Positions 8,756-18,934 of a stretch of DNA of 64,000 nucleotides are shown here, piece by piece. How positions within the stretch are numbered: the first letter of the stretch is position 1; each line of letters begins with the position of its first letter. Made by a program: the position numbers and the translations under genes. A model generated the notes under the pieces. That model was not told the origin of the DNA. It saw only the letters and a list, made by a program, of their open reading frames with translations, and made no database searches. Origin of the DNA: an uncultured Alphaproteobacteria bacterium (GTDB taxonomy: Bacteria > Pseudomonadota > Alphaproteobacteria > RF32 > CAG-239); NCBI GenBank assembly GCA_944391315.1, contig CALXTD010000003.1:286-64285 (forward strand), given 5' to 3'.

Positions 8756-11212
8756 ATGTTTAAAACTCTGTCATCATTAATCAGTACAATGTTCTTTTTT
8801 GCGGTTATCGGAGTGATAGTCGCTATTACCGTGTTTTGGAAAATAACACAGGATTTGCCTGATTTTCATCAGCTCGAAAAATATGAACCGCCTGTAACCA
8901 CACGTTTGTACGCAGGTGACGGACAACTGCTGATGGAATATGCCGCACAAAAAAGATTATTTGTGCCGGAGAGTATGATTCCCGAAAAAGTAAAACAAGC
9001 TTTTATTGCGGCAGAGGATAAAAGCTTTTATAGCCATGCCGGCATAGATTTTTTCGGTATAGCACGTGCTGTTATCAGCAACTTAAAAAATCTGGGATCG
9101 GGCAGAAGACCTTCAGGCGCTTCAACCATTACTCAACAGGTTGCAAAAAACTTTTTGCTGAGTTCAGAATTGTCAATAACCAGAAAGCTAAAAGAAGCGG
9201 TTTTGGCAACCAGAATGGAGCAAACATTTAGCAAACAACATATCTTAGAGTTGTATTTGAACGAAATTTATTTAGGCAACCGCTCTTATGGTGTGGCCGC
9301 AGCGGCTCTTAATTATTTTGGAAAATCATTAAATGATTTGGAGTTGGAAGAAGTTGCCTATTTAGCCGCTTTACCCAAAGGCCCGAATAATTATAATCCA
9401 AAGACCAAATATGAAGCAGCCGTAGCTCGCCGAAATTGGGTTTTGGGCCGCATGCATGAAGATGGCTATATTACCGAAGACGAAATGATAATCGCGCAAG
9501 GTAAACCGCTCAAAACCGTAGACCGCGGTGCAGAATTTTTGCAAGACGCTGATTATTTCAGTGAAGAAGTCCGCCGCGAGGTTAAAGAGATGTTTGGCGA
9601 AGACGCTTTGTATGAAGGCGGCTTGATTGTTCGAACAACTTTGGACCCAAAACTGCAAAAAATCGCTACAGAGTCTTTTCGAAAAGAAATCGAAAATTAT
9701 GATATTCGCCATGGCTACAGAGGCCCGATAGCAGAGCTTGATATCAACAGCGATTATGCCGAAGATTTTAAGAAAATTCAAAAACCTAAAGGAGCTAAGG
9801 AAAATTGGCAAATCGCTTTGGTAACAGAGGTTTATACAGACAGAGCTGAGATAAAAATTCGCGACGGCGGAAGAGGAGAGGTTCCGTTAGCATTGATTGG
9901 ATGGGCTAGAAAAAATCTTAAAAATCAAGGAATAAGCGATGCTCCAAAATCGGTTAAAACGGTTTTAAAGCAAGGCGATGTCATCTTGGTTGAAAAAGCC
10001 ACAGATAAAGTCATAAAAGACAAGAAGGTAAGCGAAGATAGCTATGAACTGCGTCAAGTTCCCGATGTCGAGGGCGGATTAATAGCGCTAGACCCACATA
10101 CCGGTAAGGTTTTGGCCATTGTCGGTGGTTATGACTTTGATAAGTCACAATTTAACCGCGCCACCCAAGCAAGACGTCAAACCGGTTCTTCATTTAAGCC
10201 GATTGTCTATCTTGCTGCATTGGAAAACGGTTATTCTCCAACCGATTTGATTTTGGATGCGCCGTTTGTTTTGGATCAAGGTGCCGGCTTGCCGAAATGG
10301 AAACCTGTTAATTATTCCAAAAAGTTTGACGGTTTAACCACTATGCGTCAGGGCTTGGAAAAGTCTCGCAATCTGATGACCGTAAGATTAGCTCAGGATT
10401 TGGGCATGAAAGAAGTTTGTGAATACGCCAAAAAGCTTGGCGTGAATGACCACTTGCCTGAATTACTTTCTATGTCTTTGGGCGCAGGCGACACAAAACT
10501 GATTGACTTGTCAACGGCTTATGCCATGATGGTCAACGGCGGCAAAAAGATTAAACCATATTTTATTGAGCAAATTCAAGACCGTAACGGCAAAACAATT
10601 TATAAGCATGATACCCGTGTTTGCACCGATTGCAAAGCCCAAAAGTGGGAAAATCAAGATGTTCCGCAGCTTACAGATGCCAGAGAACAAGTCATTGACC
10701 CGCTATCAGCTTATCAAATGGTGAGCATGCTTGAAGGCGTTGCCACAAGAGGAACAGCAGCCAGATTGCGTTGGTTAAAAAAACATCTGGCCGGCAAAAC
10801 CGGAACATCAAATGATAGTAACGACGCTTGGTTTATGGGCTTTTCTCCGGATTTGGTTGTCGGAACTTATGTCGGGTTTGATGAACCGCGAACATTAGGC
10901 CGCCGCGAAACCGGCTCAACCGCTGCTCTTCCGATATTCTATGACTTTATGGAACAAGCCTTAAAAGGCAAACCCGATGTTCCGTTCCGTATTCCGAATG
11001 GAATAAGACTTGTCAGAATCAATTACAAAACCGGAAAGCCGGCTGTCCCGCAAGACAAGTCGGTCATAACCGAGGCTCTGAAGCCTGATTTTGATTTCAA
11101 CAATCGCCAGCGCGTTATCGGTGATGATAATGCCGAAGGCGGAACCCAATCAAGCAATGCGGTTTATAATGAACAAAGCAATGATGATTTTCAGCTTGGA
11201 ACACAATATTAA
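8756..11212 (+). CDS. mrcA: Class A penicillin-binding protein 1A (transglycosylase/transpeptidase)
   Basis: 818 aa with an N-terminal TM anchor. GT51 motifs EDKSFYSHAGID and RKLKE. Transpeptidase motifs SSFK, SRN, KTGT. Confidence 0.93.
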   Translation: MFKTLSSLISTMFFFAVIGVIVAITVFWKITQDLPDFHQLEKYEPPVTTRLYAGDGQLLMEYAAQKRLFVPESMIPEKVKQAFIAAEDKSFYSHAGIDFFGIARAVISNLKNLGSGRRPSGASTITQQVAKNFLLSSELSITRKLKEAVLATRMEQTFSKQHILELYLNEIYLGNRSYGVAAAALNYFGKSLNDLELEEVAYLAALPKGPNNYNPKTKYEAAVARRNWVLGRMHEDGYITEDEMIIAQGKPLKTVDRGAEFLQDADYFSEEVRREVKEMFGEDALYEGGLIVRTTLDPKLQKIATESFRKEIENYDIRHGYRGPIAELDINSDYAEDFKKIQKPKGAKENWQIALVTEVYTDRAEIKIRDGGRGEVPLALIGWARKNLKNQGISDAPKSVKTVLKQGDVILVEKATDKVIKDKKVSEDSYELRQVPDVEGGLIALDPHTGKVLAIVGGYDFDKSQFNRATQARRQTGSSFKPIVYLAALENGYSPTDLILDAPFVLDQGAGLPKWKPVNYSKKFDGLTTMRQGLEKSRNLMTVRLAQDLGMKEVCEYAKKLGVNDHLPELLSMSLGAGDTKLIDLSTAYAMMVNGGKKIKPYFIEQIQDRNGKTIYKHDTRVCTDCKAQKWENQDVPQLTDAREQVIDPLSAYQMVSMLEGVATRGTAARLRWLKKHLAGKTGTSNDSNDAWFMGFSPDLVVGTYVGFDEPRTLGRRETGSTAALPIFYDFMEQALKGKPDVPFRIPNGIRLVRINYKTGKPAVPQDKSVITEALKPDFDFNNRQRVIGDDNAEGGTQSSNAVYNEQSNDDFQLGTQY

Positions 11213-11232
11213 TAATAAGGAAAAATAAACAG

Positions 11233-12331
11233 ATGAAAGCCGAAACACAAGAACTTATTGATGAAATAAAACACTCGACCGAATTATTACGGAGGTCGGT
11301 TTGACTACGAAAACTCAAAAATAAGATTAGATGAGCTCACAGCTTTATCCGAAGATACAAAGCTTTGGGAAGATGCCGCACGTGCCAAAAAGCTGATGAG
11401 CGAAAAAACAGCTTTGGAAGAAAAACTTCAAAATTACGAACATCTATGCCAAAGCCTTGACGAGATGAGCGAGATGGCAGTCTTGGCAGAAGAAGATGGC
11501 GATGAGGCTCTTCAAGCAGATGTAATGGCTCAATTAGAAAGCTTGAAACAAAACGCCAAACATCAAGAGCTTGATGCCCTTTTGAGCGGAGAAGTTGACG
11601 CCAATGATACATATTTAGAGGTTCATGCCGGTAGTGGCGGAACCGAGGCACAAGACTGGGCCGAAATGCTCTTAAGAATGTATACACGTTGGGCCGAACA
11701 ACATGGCTATAAAGTTGAATATATTGAAGAAACGGAAGGCGAGGTTGCCGGTTTAAAGTCTGCAACCATAAAGATAAGTGGACATAATGCTTACGGCTGG
11801 CTCAAGTCAGAAAGCGGCGTTCACCGTCTGGTGCGTATTTCGCCGTTTGACAGCGCCGGCAGAAGACACACAAGCTTTGCCTCAATCGGAGTTTATCCGG
11901 TTGTTGATGATGATATTGAGATAAATATTAACGAGGCAGATTGCCGTGTTGATACCTATCGAGCTTCCGGTGCCGGCGGACAACATATTAATAAAACCGA
12001 TTCGGCGGTAAGAATAACCCATATTCCGACCGGAATTGTTGTCCAATGCCAAACCCAGCGCTCACAGTTCCAAAACCGCGAAAGCGCATGGAAAATGCTG
12101 AAATCACGTTTGTATGAAATGGAATTAAAAAAGCGCGAGCAAAAGGAACAAGACATGAGAGACGCTCAAGGTGATATCGGTTGGGGATATCAAATCCGCT
12201 CTTATGTACTTCAGCCTTATAAAATGGTAAAAGACTTACGAACAGAGGTTGAAACATCTGATTGCAAAGCTGTGCTTGATGGCGATATTGATATGTTTTT
12301 ATCCGCAGCTTTGGCAGCAAAGGTAGGCTAG
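11233..12331 (+). CDS. prfB: Peptide chain release factor 2, needs a programmed +1 frameshift (join 11233..11301, 11303..12331)
   Basis: Frame 0 gives [23 protein letters not shown] and then TGA at 11302-11304. The +1 frame continues [31 protein letters not shown]... into the track ORF 11396..12331, which carries SPF (RISPFDS) and GGQ (GAGGQHINK). Confidence 0.93.
11291..11305 (+). promoter_or_regulatory. prfB +1 frameshift cassette (internal SD-like GGAGG, 3-nt spacer, GTT TGA C)
   Basis: GGAGG tcg GTT TGA C read directly from the sequence. Same layout as the E. coli AGGGGG uau CUU UGA C autoregulatory site. Confidence 0.8.
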
Positions 12332-12333
12332 GT

Positions 12334-13158
12334 ATGAAAAAAATGGTTATGTTTATCGGGATTGTAATTGGATTATACATCGCTTTTTGCGCAACGGTAT
12401 ATTACTATCCGCAGTATTTCTTTTATAATCCGGATAAACAAGCCTCAGACAGCGCAATAGCGATTGAAAAATATGGATATAACATTAAGGAAGTCAAATT
12501 TCGCTCAGCCGACGGAACAGAGTTGAGTGGTTGGTATGTTCCGCAAAAAGGCAGCAAAAAGGTCATCGCCTTTATGCATGGAAATTCTTATAATGTCGGA
12601 AAATTTTACAAAAAGCTTGTGCCTTTGCTCGATGCCGGATACAGCATATTTGCCGGAGAATATAGGGGCTTTGGCGGTGTAAAAGGAAAAATAACCCAAG
12701 CCGGATTGGAGCAAGACGCCATAGCTGCGGTAGAATATCTGCATCAACAAGGCTGGAAAAATAATCAAATCATCATTTACGGAATGTCGCTTGGTTCTCA
12801 TATGGCGGTTAATACGGCAGAAAAACTGCAAAAAGACGGAAAATTTGCCGCAGTTGTACTGGAAGTTCCTTTTGACAGTCTTTTGAATGTGGTTAAAGAG
12901 GTTGTCTTTGTTCCGCTGCCGCTGGAGACAATTATTAAAGATAAATATGACAATGTCGCCGCAGTAAAAGAGATAAAAAGCCCGATTTTGATTATGGGCG
13001 GAGAAAAAGACACGGTAGTGCCGGTAACCTTGGCCAAAAGATTATATGCCGAAGCACCGGAACCCAAAGATATAATTATTTACGAAGAAGGTGGGCATAA
13101 CGATTTGTATGACCTAAAGAATTATAACGAGCTTATTGAGTGGTTAAAGAACAAATAA
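12334..13158 (+). CDS. Membrane-anchored alpha/beta hydrolase (BEM46/S33-like)
   Basis: 274 aa with an N-terminal TM helix. GMSLGS nucleophile elbow, GGEKDTVVP, GGHND. Starts 3 nt after the prfB stop. Confidence 0.7.
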   Translation: MKKMVMFIGIVIGLYIAFCATVYYYPQYFFYNPDKQASDSAIAIEKYGYNIKEVKFRSADGTELSGWYVPQKGSKKVIAFMHGNSYNVGKFYKKLVPLLDAGYSIFAGEYRGFGGVKGKITQAGLEQDAIAAVEYLHQQGWKNNQIIIYGMSLGSHMAVNTAEKLQKDGKFAAVVLEVPFDSLLNVVKEVVFVPLPLETIIKDKYDNVAAVKEIKSPILIMGGEKDTVVPVTLAKRLYAEAPEPKDIIIYEEGGHNDLYDLKNYNELIEWLKNK

Positions 13159-16100
13159 ATGGCAAAAGAAACGATAAAAAAATATAAAAAATATAAGCTG
13201 TTAGATTACTTTGGTGTAATCTTTCTCAGCTTATTTTTGTTCTTTGTCTGGCATTTGTATAAAGGACCGATAGCCGTACCGTTTTTGAAACCTTATATCA
13301 TACAGGCCTTAAACGGCAGTGAAGATTATCAGGTGTCATTGGATTCTGTTAACATAGAGCTGGTCCGCTCCATTCAGCCGATAAAAATTATTGCCAATAA
13401 CATTGTCTATAAAAAGGCCGATGACAGCTTTGTTATTAATGCGCCGCGCACTTCCGTATCCTTTAGTTTAAGAGCTTTGCTGCGCGGTATTATTGCGCCG
13501 AGTGCCATAGAAGTCGATTCTCCGAATATTTATGCCTTTACCAGTTATGGAATAGAGGCCGGAAAAACCAATGAAGCAAATAAAAAGAAAATCGAATATT
13601 ATTCCAATATGTTGGAAGATTTTTTAGAAAGATATAACTCCGGTGATAAATATTTTGTAGAAAATTATATTAATGAAATCGCCATAAAAAATGCAAGCTT
13701 CGAGTTTCATGAAGTTGACTTAGGCCGCAAGTGGACCCTTAACGATGTGAACTATCATTTTGAACGTGAAGGTGAACAAATTTATACCGAAGCCAATGCT
13801 TTGTTTACAATAAACAACAACACATCTTCCGTTGGGATAGAAGTTGCTTTTGATAACAACAAAAAGGACTTAAACCTAAAGAGCTATTTCTCCGATGTTA
13901 TTCCGTCAGATATTGTGAATAGCTTTGTTGAAGAAAAACAAAGAAAAGAACTTTATCAAATAAATTTACCGCTAAGCGGTTCTCTTGAAACAAATATTGC
14001 GCTAAAAGGAATTATTAATGAGCGCAAAAAAATATTAGATGATTTGGATAACGCGGTAAAAAAAATAAAGCTGCAGTTAGAAGGCGGGCAGGGAAACATC
14101 ATGTTTACCTCAGACGAGGCCTTCAAGTATGATATTTCGTCTTTCACGTTGGATGGCACCATAGAAGGCGGGCTAAAACAGCTCAAGGTATCAGGAGCAG
14201 AATTTGACCTTGGCGGGCAAAAGATGACTCTTGGTTTTGAGGTCAGCGGATTAAAAAATTATATTTTAGAAGATTCTCTAAAAGACATAAAAGCCGTGAT
14301 TACCGCTAACATCAAAAACCTAAAGTTTGATGACTTACCAAAATATTGGCCGAGATATATTGGCGAAAGCGCTTGGAAATGGTGCGAAGACAGTCTGTTT
14401 GTCGGCACCGCCAAAGACGGCGAGTTTCGCTTTGATTTTGGATATGATAAAAAGAAAAAGGCCGTTGTTTTCCAAGAGTTGAAAGGAAAGGTCTATGCCG
14501 AAGATTTAACAGTCAGATACATAAACACCATGCCGGTTATAACAAATGTCTATGGTGAGGCTTTATTTGATTCAAACAGCATCACGGTAAATATTGATAA
14601 GGGAAAATCAGACGGTGTGATTTTAACCGGCGGTTATGTCCGACTTTATGATTTAGATAAATATAATAACTATGCCGATATTGAGCTAAAAACAGAATCT
14701 TCCGTGACAGATGCCTTGAGGTTAATTGATAATCCGCCGCTAAATTTTGTAAAAGACATGAAAATTCCGGCAGATAGATTGAGCGGCGAGGCCTCAACCA
14801 CAGTCAAGCTTGATTTGGAGTTAAAAGAAGATTTAGCATCAGACGAGGTCAAAGCAGATGTCAAATCCACCTTGACTAACGTCACGATGAAAGACGTTAT
14901 TGACGGAAAAAATTTAACTTCTCAGGTGCTGGAATTAAGCGTAAATAATAACGAGCTTTTGCTAAGCGGTGCCGCAGAAATAGATGGCATTCCGTTAACC
15001 TTTGAGTGGAATGAAAACTTCAAACAAAAGGCTGAAAAAACAAAATATGACATCAGCTTTAAGCTAGATGATAAAGTCAAGAAAAAATTAGGTCTGGATA
15101 AAATTGAATATATAAATCCGCCTTATATTGAAGGCTATGCCGATGTTGCGGCCCAAATCAGCATATCAGATGATAAAAAAACAAAAATAGATATGAATGC
15201 CGATATAAAAAATGCCGCTATTGATTACTCGTTTTTGGGCTTTAGAAAATTATCCGGTTCTGACGGAAATATTATGGCCGAAATTGAGGTTAATGGCAAT
15301 AAACTCAGCGGAATACCGTCATTTTCGTTGTCAAAGCCGGACTTTAATTTGAGCGGAAAAATTGAACTGGATAAATCCGGAAGTGTAAAAATAATTGACA
15401 TTGATACCATAAAAGGCCCAAAAACAAACGCACGTGCAAAAATAGAATGGGCAGAAGAAAATAAAAAACCACTGATAAAAGTCAATGTATCCGGAAACAG
15501 CTATGATTTGGCCGAGTTTTTTGAACGCCGCGAAGCCGACAGCAAGAAAAAAGCCGTTCAAGACGAAAAAAAACAAGCAGAACAAGAAGAACTGGAGCTT
15601 GAGAATATTACGGACACAGATATAAATATTGCGGTTAATCGCTTGTGGACCAATAAGTTTGTCTCAATCAGCAGCTTTGCCGGTACAGCAAAAGTCAGGA
15701 AAAACATCGGCTTGCACGAGCTTCACATGATAGGAAATTATGGAAACAGTAAGGAAGTCAAACTAAAAGCCGACTATGTGCCTAAACCCAATAATGAATA
15801 TTACCTCTCAATCACAAGTAATAATGCCGGTAGCACTTTTAAGGTATTAAGAATATATGATGATATAAGCGGCGGAAACCTAAAGATTGAGGCTAAGAAA
15901 GGCGCTGATAAAAAATTTATCGGACATGCCTCAATCAGAGATTTCAACTTGCATAACACGCCGGTACTGGCAAAAGTTTTGAGTATGGCCTCTTTGACCG
16001 GTATTGTCGGAATGTTATCAGGTGAGGGAATAGCTTTTTCTCATTTGGATGCTCCCTTTGAATATAAAAACAAGATATTGAATGTCACAGACGCCCGTGC

Positions 16101-16398
16101 TTTTGGTAATGTTTTGGGGATTACAATGACCGGTGAGTATAATTGGGGCAAAGAAGAAGTCAGCGGAAAAGGCGTTATTGCACCGGCATATAGCATTAAC
16201 AGCTTTTTAGGAAGCATTCCTCTGGTCGGCAATTTGTTAGCCGGCAAAGATGGTACCGTGTTTGCGGCCAACTACTCAATTAAAGGCAAAATCGACGATG
16301 TAAAAGTCAGCATAAACCCGCTGTCTGCGTTAAGCCCAGGGTCTTTAAAAGACCTGTTCTCTTCACTATTTGGAAGCCAAGACAATGTCAAAAATTAG
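13159..16398 (+). CDS. AsmA/YhdP-family large envelope protein (tentative)
   Basis: 1079 aa with one N-terminal TM helix and a long beta-rich body. The C-terminal block (GITMTGEYNW...VIAPAYSINSFLGSIPLVGNLLAGKDGTVFAANYSIKGKIDDVKVSINPLSAL) resembles the AsmA_2/YhdP/TamB C-terminus. ATG directly abuts the upstream stop. Confidence 0.55.
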   Translation: MAKETIKKYKKYKLLDYFGVIFLSLFLFFVWHLYKGPIAVPFLKPYIIQALNGSEDYQVSLDSVNIELVRSIQPIKIIANNIVYKKADDSFVINAPRTSVSFSLRALLRGIIAPSAIEVDSPNIYAFTSYGIEAGKTNEANKKKIEYYSNMLEDFLERYNSGDKYFVENYINEIAIKNASFEFHEVDLGRKWTLNDVNYHFEREGEQIYTEANALFTINNNTSSVGIEVAFDNNKKDLNLKSYFSDVIPSDIVNSFVEEKQRKELYQINLPLSGSLETNIALKGIINERKKILDDLDNAVKKIKLQLEGGQGNIMFTSDEAFKYDISSFTLDGTIEGGLKQLKVSGAEFDLGGQKMTLGFEVSGLKNYILEDSLKDIKAVITANIKNLKFDDLPKYWPRYIGESAWKWCEDSLFVGTAKDGEFRFDFGYDKKKKAVVFQELKGKVYAEDLTVRYINTMPVITNVYGEALFDSNSITVNIDKGKSDGVILTGGYVRLYDLDKYNNYADIELKTESSVTDALRLIDNPPLNFVKDMKIPADRLSGEASTTVKLDLELKEDLASDEVKADVKSTLTNVTMKDVIDGKNLTSQVLELSVNNNELLLSGAAEIDGIPLTFEWNENFKQKAEKTKYDISFKLDDKVKKKLGLDKIEYINPPYIEGYADVAAQISISDDKKTKIDMNADIKNAAIDYSFLGFRKLSGSDGNIMAEIEVNGNKLSGIPSFSLSKPDFNLSGKIELDKSGSVKIIDIDTIKGPKTNARAKIEWAEENKKPLIKVNVSGNSYDLAEFFERREADSKKKAVQDEKKQAEQEELELENITDTDINIAVNRLWTNKFVSISSFAGTAKVRKNIGLHELHMIGNYGNSKEVKLKADYVPKPNNEYYLSITSNNAGSTFKVLRIYDDISGGNLKIEAKKGADKKFIGHASIRDFNLHNTPVLAKVLSMASLTGIVGMLSGEGIAFSHLDAPFEYKNKILNVTDARAFGNVLGITMTGEYNWGKEEVSGKGVIAPAYSINSFLGSIPLVGNLLAGKDGTVFAANYSIKGKIDDVKVSINPLSALSPGSLKDLFSSLFGSQDNVKN

Positions 16399-16855
16399 AA
16401 TTGGACTGGATTTTCATGGTGTAATTGATACAAATCCAAGTTATTTTAAGGAGTTTTGCTCAGCAGCGATATCCATCGGGTGGGAAATCTTTATCATAAC
16501 CGGCGGCCCCTATGAAAAAGTAAAAACATTACTGGAAAAGTGGCAGATTCCATATAGTGAGATTTTTGCCATATATGATTATTACGATAAATTGGGCAAA
16601 GTCAAAAAAGAGGGCGAAAAGTTTTTTGTAGATGAAGATTTGTGGAATACCATTAAGGGAAAATATTGTAAAGACAATAAGATAGATGTCCAAATTGATG
16701 ATAGCGGAATTTACGGAAACGGATTTTCAACCCCATACTGCCATTTTGATGAAAACAGCAAAAGTTGCACGCTGCAAAACGGCCTTACTTTAGACTTCAC
16801 CAAGCCGGTTGCTGAAACTCTAAATTTAATCGCGCAAAGACTTGCAAATTTTTAA
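16385..16855 (+). CDS. HAD-superfamily-like small protein (function unknown)
   Basis: MSKIRIGLDFHGVID resembles HAD motif I but has His at the second Asp position. A later IDDS is motif-IV-like. Overlaps the yhdP-like stop by 14 nt. Confidence 0.4.
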   Translation: MSKIRIGLDFHGVIDTNPSYFKEFCSAAISIGWEIFIITGGPYEKVKTLLEKWQIPYSEIFAIYDYYDKLGKVKKEGEKFFVDEDLWNTIKGKYCKDNKIDVQIDDSGIYGNGFSTPYCHFDENSKSCTLQNGLTLDFTKPVAETLNLIAQRLANF

Positions 16856-16936
16856 TAATTTGATAGATTGTTAACTCTTTATTGAATAACTGCTGTTAAA
16901 ATAAACCGAAGTTTAAATTTATTAAGGACAAAAAAC

Positions 16937-17569
16937 ATGGGATACAGAAGCGCTCTGGAAGTATATGACAATACGTTAGTGCCGATGGTTATTGAACAAA
17001 CCTCACGCGGAGAACGTTCTTTTGACATTTATTCACGCCTATTAAAAGAAAGAATCATTTTTTTGACCGGAGAGGTTAATGATGAAGTGTCTTCTTTGGT
17101 CTGCGCACAGCTTTTGTTCTTGGAATCAGAAAATCCTAAAAAAGATATTTATATGTATATTAACTCCCCCGGTGGCGTTGTTACTGCCGGATTAGCAATG
17201 TATGACACAATGCAATATATCCGTTGTGATGTAAACACATTGTGCATCGGTCAAGCTTGCTCAATGGGATCTTTGCTGTTAACTGCCGGAGAAAAAGGCA
17301 AACGTAACGCCTTGCCAAATTCGCGTATTATGATTCATCAGCCCAGCGGTGGCGCTCAGGGTAAAGCCTCTGATATTGAAATTCAGGCAAATGAGATTTT
17401 GAAAATGAAAAAATCCTTGAATAATTTATACGTAAAACATACAGGTCAAAAATTGAGCGTTATTGAAAAAGCCATGGATAGAGATAATTTTATGTCTCCG
17501 GAAGAAGCCTTGAAGTTTGGGCTTATTGACCAGATTGTAACCAGTCGTGAAGAAATAATTCAAAAATAA
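16937..17569 (+). CDS. clpP: ATP-dependent Clp protease proteolytic subunit
   Basis: 210 aa. [29 protein letters not shown], catalytic Ser context [14 protein letters not shown]. Confidence 0.97.
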   Translation: MGYRSALEVYDNTLVPMVIEQTSRGERSFDIYSRLLKERIIFLTGEVNDEVSSLVCAQLLFLESENPKKDIYMYINSPGGVVTAGLAMYDTMQYIRCDVNTLCIGQACSMGSLLLTAGEKGKRNALPNSRIMIHQPSGGAQGKASDIEIQANEILKMKKSLNNLYVKHTGQKLSVIEKAMDRDNFMSPEEALKFGLIDQIVTSREEIIQK

Positions 17570-17579
17570 GGAATAAAAA

Positions 17580-18869
17580 ATGAGTGATAAAAAAGATAGC
17601 AACGAAACCCTACATTGCTCGTTTTGCGGAAAAAGTCAGGACGAAGTCAAAAAGCTCGTTGCCGGCCGCGGTGTCTATATCTGCGATGAGTGTATTGAAG
17701 TTTGCATTAATATTGTTGCCGACGAACTCAGCGAGATGGAAGAAGGCGCAACCGGAACATCTTTAGACAAGTTGCCAACCCCGTCAAAAATAAAAGAGTT
17801 TTTAGATCAATATGTGATTGGGCAGGAATATGCCAAGAAAGTTCTTTCTGTTGCTGTTTATAACCACTATAAGAGATTGAACAGCAAGAAGGTCAATAAG
17901 GATATTGATATCCAAAAGTCAAACGTTATTTTGATTGGTTCAACCGGAAGCGGAAAAACCTTGTTGGCTCAAACTCTGGCAAAAATATTGGATGTGCCGT
18001 TTGCTATTTCTGACGCCACAACATTAACCGAAGCCGGTTATGTTGGTGAAGATGTTGAAAATATCATTTTGAAATTAGTACAAAACGCTAATTATGATAT
18101 TGAAAAAGCTCAAAGAGGTATCGTCTATATTGATGAAATTGATAAAATTACCCGCAAAACTGATGGCCCGTCAATCACGCGAGATGTATCAGGTGAGGGT
18201 GTTCAACAGGCCTTGCTAAAAATCATTGAAGGTACGGTTGCCAATGTTCCGCCACAAGGGGGAAGAAAACATCCTCAGCAAGAATTCTTGCATGTTGATA
18301 CAACTAATATTCTGTTTATTTGCGGCGGTGCTTTTGCCGGATTGGAAAAGATTGTCGCAAACCGCGGAAGTGAAACCTCAATCGGATTCGGAGCCAAAGT
18401 AGAAGCTCCGGAAGACAGAGGTGTCGGCGAAATTTTGAAAGATGTTCAGCCGGAAGATTTGCTCAAATATGGTTTAATACCTGAATTTGTTGGACGTCTG
18501 CCGATTATTGCAACTTTGGGCGATTTAGATGAAAAAGCTCTTGTCCGTGTCTTGACCGAGCCGAAAAACGCTTTGGTTAAGCAGTATAAAGCAATGTTTG
18601 AAATGGAAAATGTCAAGTTAACCATTACTGATGATGCTTTAACCGCTATTGCTAAAAAGGCAATTGAGCGCAAAACCGGAGCACGTGGCTTAAGAGCCAT
18701 TATGGAAGATAATCTCTTGGAATTGATGTATGAAATTCCTGATATGAAAGATGTTGTCGAGATTATCGTTGATGAAAAAGTCATCAATGACGGCGCCGAA
18801 CCGAAGCTCGTTCGCGGCAAAAGAGAAGAAAATTCGGAAGAAAAAACAGCCAAAGAACGTAGCGCATAA
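17580..18869 (+). CDS. clpX: ATP-dependent Clp protease ATP-binding subunit ClpX
   Basis: 429 aa. N-terminal zinc finger CSFCGK...CDEC, Walker A GSTGSGKT, Walker [15 protein letters not shown] sensor. Confidence 0.97.
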   Translation: MSDKKDSNETLHCSFCGKSQDEVKKLVAGRGVYICDECIEVCINIVADELSEMEEGATGTSLDKLPTPSKIKEFLDQYVIGQEYAKKVLSVAVYNHYKRLNSKKVNKDIDIQKSNVILIGSTGSGKTLLAQTLAKILDVPFAISDATTLTEAGYVGEDVENIILKLVQNANYDIEKAQRGIVYIDEIDKITRKTDGPSITRDVSGEGVQQALLKIIEGTVANVPPQGGRKHPQQEFLHVDTTNILFICGGAFAGLEKIVANRGSETSIGFGAKVEAPEDRGVGEILKDVQPEDLLKYGLIPEFVGRLPIIATLGDLDEKALVRVLTEPKNALVKQYKAMFEMENVKLTITDDALTAIAKKAIERKTGARGLRAIMEDNLLELMYEIPDMKDVVEIIVDEKVINDGAEPKLVRGKREENSEEKTAKERSA

Positions 18870-18888
18870 AAGCAATAAGCTAAAACTA

Positions 18889-18916
18889 AAACAGCCCGAT
18901 TTGCGCGGGCTGTTTG
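18889..18916. terminator. Hairpin terminator shared by convergent clpX and the helicase gene
   Basis: ACAGCCCG-attt gcg-CGGGCTGT stem. The T-run is stronger on the minus-strand reading (CTGTTTTAGTTTT). Confidence 0.55.
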
Positions 18917-18934
18917 CGTTGAAAAATAGATAAC

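Noticed and set aside
9371-12380. Antisense ORFs inside mrcA and prfB (9371..9811, 11337..11765, 11988..12380)
   Set aside because: They are overlapped completely by genes with unambiguous catalytic motifs. Their translations are low-complexity with no recognisable features.
18446-18853. 135-aa antisense ORF in clpX
   Set aside because: Lies within clpX. The Ser/Phe/Ile-rich product is typical of the reverse complement of a GAA/AAA-rich gene.
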